Shown: in pieces, positions 52,105-64,000 of the stretch | Layout: every line of letters begins with the position of its first letter | Position numbering within the stretch: the stretch's first letter is position 1 | From: Paramecium tetraurelia | Lineage: Eukaryota | NCBI GenBank assembly: GCA_000165425.1 | Contig: CT868385.1 | Coordinates: forward strand, 124,001-188,000 | Length of the DNA stretch: 64,000 nt | Direction: 5' to 3' | Notes under the pieces: generated by a model | Database searches by the model: none | The model's input: the letters and a program-made list of their open reading frames with translations, nothing else | Told to the model about the DNA's origin: nothing | Position numbers and translations under genes: made by a program

Positions 52105-53021
52105 TAATTATTATTTGAATCATATTAATCTCTGATTTATTCAAATAATATATTATCATTTCATTCTAATTACTAACTAATTATTATCTATACATTAACT
52201 TTTTCATCTTAAACTCTTCTATCTTTTATAATTCTACGACTAATATTAACAGTTTTAATAAAAATCTCATATTCATAGTTTATATCCTCGATTAGAATAT
52301 ATAGATTTGTTCCTTTCAAATTAATGCTATTTTATTGGTATGTTTTATTTTTGAATTCACTTCTCCAACAATTATATTCATTTCAAAACAATTTATTCTA
52401 TCTTATTTGCCAACTCTTTTATTATTCTTCCGAATTTCAAACCCAAAAAAACTGAAATCCAAAACCATTTTGTGTCTTCCCAAATTTACTTATATATGCT
52501 CTTATTTATTAATTAGTTTATTCAAGATTTATAGTTGTAGTTCTCTCCTCCTATACATATTATACTTCTACATTTAACGAATAAATATAGTAATATATTT
52601 CAGCTTATTTTTGTAAATTTGCTGTTGATTTTAGATTTAACTTAATTTAAACAGTATTTTTGCTTTATTTAAAATCTTTTTAATACCATATTTGCTAGAA
52701 ATTATGAATCATGACTCCATAAAATAATCTAATAATATCTACTTTTGCAATGCCTTCTGTTCTCTTTTTAAAAAAATACATGATTTACTAGGCAATAATT
52801 CCATTTGAGCTAAATACTTTAGAGAGTTGACCATATTCTTTAAACTTTTTTGCCTATTTTATCTTTTAATATAAACAGTCAAAATTGATGAGATAGCTAG
52901 AATCACATATTTAGGACATTAAATTCAACCCTCTATTAAAATCATAGTTATAAAATTTTTGTTGTAATATGTCCTTTTAAATAATCTAATTTAATATTAT
53001 TATTATTGGTTGTCAGAAATT

Positions 53022-53815
53022 ATGATCTTAAGAGAAGATTTAGTATATATGGCCAAAATCTGTGAATAAGCAGAAAGATTTGAAGATATGTTTAACTTTA
53101 TAAGGTAAGTGGCTCTAATGGAACAAGAACTATTAACAGAGGAACGAAATTTGCTTTCAATTTCATTTAAAAATTGTATTGGGAAATTAAGAACTACGCT
53201 GAAAATCTTAAAAATTATAGATACCAACTTATTATAAGATGTAAAAATTTAATTTAAATGAAGTAACTTAATGATCACTTAAGTTAAAGTAAATTAATTG
53301 CAAATTATAAATAAAAAATAGAGGATGAATTAATTTTATATTGTGAAGATTTGATTAGAGTTATTGATTGTAATTTAGTTAAGAAATAATACAAATCTGT
53401 GGATATGATGTTTTTTTATAAATTAAAAAGCGATGCTTTTAGATATCTTTCAGAATTTAAAACAAATGATAAAAAATAATTTATGTTGGATGAATATTCA
53501 AAAACACAGAAGCAAGTTGAAGAAATATTTGAAAAAGAGATTTCAAAAACTGATCCAACATATTTAGGACTAGCACTAAGTTAAGCAGTATATACATACG
53601 AAATATTTAACGATACTGTTAGTGCTTGTAAAATAGCCCAAAAAGTAATTTTATTTTATGAATTAAAGGCGTTTGATGGGGCACTTTCTGAATTGGATCA
53701 ATTATCAGAAGATAATTATAAAGATGTGACATTAATAATGTAGTTATTACGTGATAATCTTGTTCTTTGGGAATCAGAATAGATTAATGAATTAAATAAT
53801 AAAGAAAAAGAGTGA
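53022..53815 (+). CDS. Divergent 14-3-3 protein
   Basis: [84 protein letters not shown]; two introns. Confidence 0.92.
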
Positions 53816-54249
53816 AATATATATAATTTTTATACATCTTTATTGATTATTTCACGCTTGACTATATTATATTTGGATATAACAGAATTTTTGAAATGTA
53901 CTTGACTATCCCTTTTTATTGTAAATCATATATTTAATTGTTTTATATGAAGAATTTGAATATACATATTCTTGTATATTATAATATAACAGATCATATC
54001 TTCAATTCTTTAGTTTGAAATTGTTGAATAATATATTATAATTTAAGAACTACTTCCTAAATCAAATCATAACTCAATTTCAATGAGTGATGTATTTCAT
54101 TTTTCAAAAGACAATTTTTTATCTTTATTGATTTCTATTATTATCGACCAAGAAGTTTTAAATAAGATTAATTTGGAATCTAAAAGATCAACAAAAATAG
54201 AAACATGTAATTGAAAGAATATATAAATTAATCTATATAAATATAAATA

Positions 54250-55967
54250 ATGCTGTATAAGTTACTTAGTTGTATCAGATGTCTGACATTAAAGAGAGCA
54301 ACATCATTGTTACAATTACTTATAGTTTGTATTGTCATCACTTTATGCTTGATTGTTCTTACTGTAAATCGAGTAATGATGGATGCCCTTATCTAGGAAA
54401 TTTCAGACAAATTATTATTTAAATACAACTTTCAGGAATATGAAATATAAACAGAAATGCTCAAAAACCAAATAAATTGGCCAATTGCCAAGCGATTTCG
54501 AATGATGAATACTTTTGGTATAATCTATTAAGATTAGAAAAAATCTATGATATTTAACTAAAATCCTTTGGAATGTCCAATATTTTTAGGAATTCCCGAA
54601 GAATAATTTGAAACCTTATTTGAATTACCTGAATTCTGTGCAAGTAATTAGTAAACGCAGCAAAAATTAGAAAGACATAGATTCAATCTTTTTATCAATT
54701 AACTAAATTAGTTGCTTATACCATTAACATGGTCTCCAATTAATGATTTGTATATGAGTAGTACAGATTCAAGTTAATTTTTTGCTTCTTGTCCCCCTTT
54801 CTTTAATATTCCAACTTTCAATCCACATGATAGACCTTGGTATCAAAATCATATGGAAAAATCTAAGGGATCAAGCGAATTGATTTAAGTTTCAAATCTA
54901 TATTAAACATTTGGATCTCATGAATACGAATTTACAATTACTTACTCTTTGATGTCAAGTTGTTAAGGTTGTGCGACAGAACAAAGAATTGATGGAGTCA
55001 TTGGTTATGATTTAGGGTTTAGGGAAATCTAAAATCAATTAAATTTTAAATCATTTGGTTATTTTATATTGAACAACCTTGGGTAGATCATTCATACAAA
55101 TTATGTTGAAACATTTAATTTAAAATTAAATGAGAGTTTAGCATATATCTATCAATAAAATCTAACAGGATTTAACGAAATTGATTGGGATCAAATCTAA
55201 TTTCAAAGTAAGAAGTAACCATACTTAAATAATTGTACTTTTCATATTCATCATCTATGTAGATATAATTCAATTTTCAATGAAGATATAATTTTGCATG
55301 TGTTAAATCTTAATTCAGACTTTTATTTAGTTATGTATGCTTTAATATATACAATAATAGATTTCAAAATGTAACCATGTAACAATAAAATATCCACGAG
55401 TCTAATTAAAGAAAGAATGACATTATTCATTCTTTTCAGACTTATTTAATTTATTTAGTGATAGCTTCATTCATTTTTTTGGTTATTAGTTGGATTGGAT
55501 TATACTTTTTTTTCCGTCCAATCAAAGAATTTAGATTAGCATTCCTTAGTTAATTATACTCCAAGTTTTCAAGTTCGAATTCACTGATCAAAATTTAAAG
55601 TTTATTTTAAAGGAGTTCTTATTTTGGTTTAGCATTGAAGAATTTGAAATCTAAAATCAATGATATAAACAGTAAGAAGTGTGAAAACTGTTATCTAATA
55701 GAGAACTTCAAATATCCTAGGAGTTAATTAACAATTGAGTATTATCAAATAAAAAACTAAATTAAGTTTGTAAATGTGAATGAAAATAGAAATTTGTTAG
55801 AATAACAAGATTAAAATGAAAAAGAACAGGTATAATAGACTTTAAAATTCCAAGAATTGCGTTAATAATTGTTTTCTTACATATCTAGTAGTTAGACCAT
55901 ATAAAGTGAGATTGATGAAAATATACAGTTAATTAATGAGCCAATAAATACTTAGAGATTCTTATGA
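54250..55967 (+). CDS. Two-TM membrane protein with a dCache-like extracellular sensor, paralogue A
   Basis: N-terminal TM; FNPHDRPWYQ (Cache-type YDPxxRPWY); second TM; cytosolic KKCENCYLIENFKYPR. Confidence 0.75.
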
Positions 55968-56142
55968 TTTTATGATCTTAAGCAAAATTTCGTATTTTAT
56001 TTGCTAATTTATTTAATAAATCCTGATGTGATATTACAAAAATTTGGACATCTTATTTATATTCATATAAGATATTTAAATTAATTAACATCCTAATTAA
56101 ATTTAGAAAGTATTCTTATATAATGATAATTAAACAAAATTT

Positions 56143-57896
56143 ATGCATAAACTTACAAGATTTAATAGTTTTATCCATCATTTCAAATGCATCAGAAACA
56201 TGAAGATGTAAACTCAAACGTTTATACTACAGTCCTTCATTTTTGTTTTAGTTTTTCTCATCGTAATAACTTCTCAAATGATTAACAAAAGTATGATGGA
56301 TGATATGATTTAAAAGTTAACCAAGGAAATAGAAATACAAACCAATTTAAAACAGATAAATATTTAATCTCAGTTTATCAAATATTAAGCTCATTACCCT
56401 TTGGAATAAGGATTCAAATTTCTTGAAAGCTTTAACAAATTGAATTCAATGTTCTTGAAAGACTAACAAACATCAATTAACAAATTGCTTTAGTGTTTAT
56501 ATGTTGAAGAAAACTTTGATTTTTATTCAAAGATGCCTTTATTTTGTTATAAATTCACAAAGACCAATATAATCACTTCAAATGAATCATTAATAAATCA
56601 TATCGTCGGGTATCAAGCTTTATTGAATTCAATATTTTTGCCTATTTCAATATCACAATTTCAGAAAACGATGTTTTTTACCTTCATTTCTGATGAGGAA
56701 TATTTTGCTATTCTTCCACCAAAGATTGTTCCGGACATTTACCTACCATCAAAAAGACCATGGTATTAGGAATAAATATAGAAAGTATAACAAACAAAAC
56801 AGAATGATGTTATTGTGATTTCTAGCATTTATTAAGATTTTGAAACTTAAAAATATGAATTCACTTTAACGAAAGGGATGACTGATCAAGAAGAGAATTT
56901 CAGTGGGATATTTGGAATTGATCAAACTCTGGAACATTACAAAGAACTTTTGTAATATGAGGATTTGAATATTATTTTAGTTGATCTCAAAGGCAGAATG
57001 CTATTGTCTAATTTATAGATTCAATAAGAAATTGATTTATCAAAAGAGAAGAAATACATATATGAAATTGGAACAACTGGATTTGATGAGAGTGATTGGA
57101 ACCAAATTGTGAATGAGGCCAATAAATAAGGCTAAGGCACCATTGAATGTAGTGAAAAAGATGTCAAACAATTTTGCAGATATAATACATTCTTTAAGTA
57201 AGATCTGATTATTATTGTGATAAACATATAAAGTCAATTCTATCTGCTTGTGTAAAGTATCGTTATTAATATAATAGATTTTAGAGTTTGGCTCACATTA
57301 CTAAGGATGTAACCAGAGCCAAAGAATTGCAGGATTAAATAATGTCTTAAATAACATAATTTCTCTATTATTGCATCATTGTGGCTGTTGTGCTATTGCT
57401 TCTCTCAATAATTATAATCCCAATCTTTTTTAGACCATTAAAAAACATCTAAAATATAATCAAGACATAAATGATCTAAAAATTCACAATTCATTACGAT
57501 CATTTCTTTTTTAGTAATAGGAAAAAGAATTAGTTGGCTTTCTTTTAAGATAGTTTCAATGTCTTTAAACAGAAATTATTAGATTTTACGTAGAGCAAAT
57601 CACAAGATTGTTACATCATTGAGAACTTCAAGTATCCTCGACAGTAGTAGATCATCATAGCAGAATTAACTTCTTTTATTAAATTCCAAACATTTGTATA
57701 TATTTATTATCCTATCTAGAAGAAGGATAAAATAGAGAACTTGCCAAACCAAAACCACCAGCCTGAATAATCGCCAAAGCTATTCTGTGATACCTTTCTT
57801 AATTATAGCTAGGACAATTAAAAGAGTGTGATTCAATTGTCTCCAAGAGATATAACATTTCGTATTGAATTATAACAACACAACAACTAAACTTGA
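56143..57896 (+). CDS. Two-TM membrane protein with a dCache-like extracellular sensor, paralogue B
   Basis: N-terminal TM; YLPSKRPWYQ; FSGIFGID; second TM; KSQDCYIIENFKYPR shared with paralogue A. Confidence 0.75.
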
Positions 57897-58047
57897 ATAT
57901 ATTAAAATTAGTATCAACAATTTCTTAATTCTTTAATCACTCAGAAGAATTAATAACAGTTTTCGATTGAATTGATTAGATATTGGAATTAGAACTGAAA
58001 TATAATCAAATTTAATTGAATTATTAAACTCTGTTTATAAATCGTTA

Positions 58048-58638
58048 ATGAAAGAAGAATTACAAAGGAATCAATCTGCAAGTACTTGTGAGAACAACAA
58101 TAGATATAAGAAAGTTCCACATAAAAATGCAAGGAGAGTCAAAATAAAGGAGTCGAAAGAACTTTAAGAAGATTTATCGAAATATATTCGCAAAATAATG
58201 AATTTCTCTTTATCTGAATAGTTTGGTAAGGTGTCAGAATCAGAGAATCATGAGATGTATTAAGATGATTGTTTCTTGAATCCAAAAAGACCTGAAATGA
58301 TACCTAACTTATCACGAATGAAATAACATTTTCTAAAATAATACCAAGATCAGTTTATTTCTGAAGGTATTTAAGAAATCCACAATCACAAGCATGCAGT
58401 CTCTAATATTTTATATAGTGGTTTATCAGCATCAGCATTGGCATCAGCTAAATGGCATTCTGTTTAAGCAATGAGGAGGATGAGAGCAGAACGGCCTTAA
58501 TGTCCTGAATTCAAGGAGTATCCTCTTGATAAAGAAGCAATATAAGAAATTGAATAAACAAAAAGTAATACTAATTAGCAATATCTTTAGATAAAGTAAA
58601 CTACAAAAGAAGAGTTAATTCAGAGCATGAAAAAGTGA
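58048..58638 (+). CDS. Hypothetical protein (196 aa)
   Basis: Intronless 591-nt ATG..TGA ORF with coding-like composition. Confidence 0.7.
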
Positions 58639-58719
58639 ATGAAAAATTAATGTTAGATAGATCACACTCATTAAATAAATATATCGAAAACCTAAAATAG
58701 TCTAATCAAATTTATACTA

Positions 58720-58982
58720 ATGTTTATGGGTTGTAAAAGGGAGAATATGATTTAATTTTAGAATTTGCAAAAAAATAAAACATCAGTGTTTCTTAAGCTG
58801 AAAATGATTTTCAATTTATCAAGTCTAAGAAAAGAACTGCCAAAAGCATAACATACCATGAAAATAGATCGTAGAAAAGAATTCAAAGAAGGAAATATGT
58901 AGATGACGATGATGTATATGGAGTGAGACCAAATAGAATATCGCCATCTGGAGTTCAACTGAAAAACAAATTGATAATATGA
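58720..58982 (+). CDS. Small basic hypothetical protein
   Basis: Removing one ~29-nt intron gives ...KRIQRRKYVDDDDVYGVRPNRISPSGVQLKNKLII-TGA. Confidence 0.35.
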
Positions 58983-58987
58983 GCTAT

Positions 58988-61393
<2,406 letters not shown>

Positions 61394-61632
61394 TAATTAA
61401 TGTATATAATATAAACTGCAATAAATCATTAATCTCTATCTATCCACTTTATCTAAAATTGTTAACTACTTATTACTTGATCCTTTCATTTTTAGTAATA
61501 ATTAAGTAAAGATAAAAACCTTATTCTAAAACCCTAGAGGCAATATTTATTCTCATTCAAACATATGCAAATATAAAACAGTAATTCTGAAATTAAAAAT
61601 CAATATATATTCCATAAATGTAAAATCTCAAC

Positions 61633-62034
61633 TCACAACCCAAATGTATTGTATTCGCAATATTAAATGTAAAGGAATTTGTCATCATCCTGATACTTAT
61701 CATAAACTTCCTTTATACTCATATCTAATAACATTTAAGTGTACCTCCTCTTAAAGCAACTTTACTATTCACAAATAAATAGACTGCTTCAGCTTTGTTT
61801 AAGTTTAATTTGCTTCGAATCAAAGTATTTAATTGAAATACTCTAAAATTTGAAAGGAAGAGATATCTAAATTAGTGAAAATTATGACTTCTAAACATCT
61901 AAATCAGGTAACCGAGAATTTTTATCTTTTTCAATTATGATAGGGACTCTATCTTGATAATGTTTGAGAATATTCTCACTCTCTTTGAGTCTTTGTTCCT
62001 TCGAGTATTGCTTTTTAAATGATTCTTTTTGCAT
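61633..62034 (-). CDS. ATG8: Autophagy ubiquitin-like protein ATG8/GABARAP
   Basis: FKKQYSKEQRLKESENILKHYQDRVPIIIEK...AVYLFVN...DDDKFLYIQYCEYNTFG-L; introns of 22 and 20 nt. Confidence 0.96.
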
Positions 62035-62147
62035 GTTTATTATTTATTTTAATTTTTCAAAATAACATCTGTGAGCAAAAATCATAAATTCCATTTTACG
62101 AATAAATTGTCATTAATGAAAAAAATGTATAATACTTTGAATTTTTT

Positions 62148-62935
62148 TCAATATTCACTACCCCCAATCCATCTTAATCGGGCTTCTATAGTCGCATCTG
62201 ATTTAATTGATAATTGTTGAAGTGTCTTTTCTCTCTTTGCCCCGGTATTGTAATTTTGACCATATATCACTAAATCGCAAGCTGCCCATTATCTTATTAT
62301 AATATAATAGAATACTTTGATGCTCCTAAATAGGCAAGAACAGCATCAGCTAAATCTTCAAGTCTATCATCGGACTTAAACCCACTTTTGAATTCCCTTT
62401 TAATGTTCCCATCGATTATTGAAAAGTGAATAGTCACCATTTAAGATTAAACTAAACCAGAATATTATTATTATGAGTAATTATTATTTTGATAAGTTTA
62501 ATTCTAAGGATATTATAGATTGGTAACCTATTATGGATTTTAATTTGAAGTTTGATTCTATAAACCAAATTGTTATTATTATTGTTGGCCTTAAGAAGTG
62601 CTTTATTAATAATTTGTAGTATTTGGAATTTTATTTGAGGTGTTGATAAGATCACTCTATGGAGTAATTGATTAACTTGTAGGCTAAGTATTGATGGTAA
62701 GTTTATCATTTTCGGCATTTCCAATACGACTATTATGATTTAAGAATACGCGTTTTAGGTATGAATAACATGTCCAATTTCTTATATCAGAATTAATACT
62801 AAGAAATAAATAAGCTATATACTCATTCTGTTACTGTATATATTCGAACAATTCATGAATTTCTGTATCAGGGTCCATTTCGATGCTCAAGGTTTGCTTC
62901 GATGGCAATATTTCGATAGTGAGAGCCTTTGACAT
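62148..62935 (-). CDS. Tandem ubiquitin-like-domain protein, family copy 3 (ends EARLRWIGG-SEY)
   Basis: N-domain MSKALTIEILPSKQTLSIEMDPDTEIHELFEYI...; Q/N-rich linker; C-domain KSDDRLEDLADAVLAYLG...KTLQQLSIKSDATIEARLRWIGG; introns 62799-62822 and 62293-62315. Confidence 0.82.
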
Positions 62936-63083
62936 AAAATTAATATATATATTAATATCTTAAACATTTATAGAAATAATATATGAACTCAAGTTTTTAC
63001 AAAATTACGTAGAAAAATAATCCAGTCTCAAATTTATTTAATTGATCAATTTAAATCTATAAAGACTTTATAAAGTTAAAGTT

Positions 63084-64000
63084 TCAATCAATCCATCTAA
63101 TTTTAGCAATCATCTTTGAATCTCGATTTAGATTGGCTTCTTAAATTGTCAAACCTCTTTTGTCTGGGTTGTTGAATTACTTATCGTTTATAAAAATATC
63201 AACAGAAACATAGTCTCTAAAATATATTTATATATAACTTTGTTAGAGAACAAAATCTCAGGACCTCCTCTGCAATTTTCTCTATTTTTTCATAGATATC
63301 AAACATAGCGGTTAGTCTTCGGATACAGGAATTGTCATGAACTAAAATAATGAGAGTAATAGTTTTTGAGCATTGCTTAAATTCTGGACTCTCATATATG
63401 GATTAATTGTATAGGATGTTCTCAAATAAGTCTACTTTTTATGAATTAATATTTCTGCTTGATTGAGTATGTTAGAGTTTATTAGTTTTAATTTGAAATA
63501 TTTCATTTTTAGTGAATCCAATTTTTTCTTCAAGATTCAATTATTTATTTCTTGTCTCTGAGAAGCAAGACCAATTGAATATCTTTTTTTGATCACTAAA
63601 TTTAGTAAGAATACTATTACATTTTATTTTCTTTGGCTAAAAATTCCAATAATTCCTTGACAGAGGTTTCACCATCCATTTCAATATAATGTTTAATGCC
63701 ATCTAGAACAATTGTTTTCTTGTCAATAATATATGATTATTCTAAGGTTTTTATATCTAATGATTATCTAACACTATGTCTATCAGTCGATACGTTAGAA
63801 TTTGAAGTGACTTGATTTTATTCTAAATCTCTTTATTCGTAAATCTCAGAGAAATTATTCTTAAATTCAAAATATACATAAAGTTCTTCATTCTAATAAG
63901 TTTAGATTGTATCTTGATGATTTAATACTTTTTGTTAAGTAAAAGAAAAACAAGTCCAATATTTAATATTTTTATTAGTGCTAAACCCTCAATCATATAT
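63084..64000 (-). CDS. Multi-ubiquitin-like-domain protein, family copy 4, 5'-truncated by the window (ends AKIRWID)
   Basis: Two N-type repeats (YWTCFSFTQQKVLNH; IEMDGETSVKELLEFL...NWSCFS) plus a C-domain with the same intron position as copies 1 and 3. Confidence 0.75.

Noticed and set aside
62452..62724. Track ORF MEMPKMINLPSIL…
   Set aside because: Wrong frame of UBL-family copy 3; the Gln-rich (TAA/TAG) frame is the one conserved among paralogues

Overview
This is AT-rich, gene-dense eukaryotic DNA that reads in the ciliate nuclear code (TAA/TAG = Gln, TGA the only stop) and has tiny 20-31 nt GT..AG introns. That pattern is typical of a Paramecium macronuclear chromosome, and it explains why the supplied standard-code ORF track is fragmented. 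I read about 35 protein genes. They include a USP deubiquitinase, a tandem CCCH zinc-finger protein, a PMCA-type Ca2+-ATPase, an LRR protein, a STE11/MAP3K-like kinase, an ankyrin-anoctamin (TMEM16) fusion, an FCP/SCP phosphatase, an EGF-TM-RING ligase, RPL12, a UBZ-HECT ligase, a large PAS-membrane protein, an RRM/Zn-knuckle SR-like protein, a hybrid histidine kinase, a C2H2 protein, a Cys-rich surface antigen with a +1 frameshift, a divergent 14-3-3, two tandem dCache-like membrane proteins, PKG and ATG8. I recognised no tRNA, rRNA, CRISPR array or intact transposon. Three observations stand out. (1) A four-member family of tandem ubiquitin-fold proteins, one ending RLRWIGG-SEY like a conjugatable ISG15/FAT10-style modifier precursor. 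(2) An ankyrin-repeat TMEM16 in which all five acidic Ca2+-ligand positions are replaced. (3) A GC-rich intron in the SR-like gene whose proximal acceptor produces a premature stop. All gene models were made by eye, so exact starts and some introns are uncertain.
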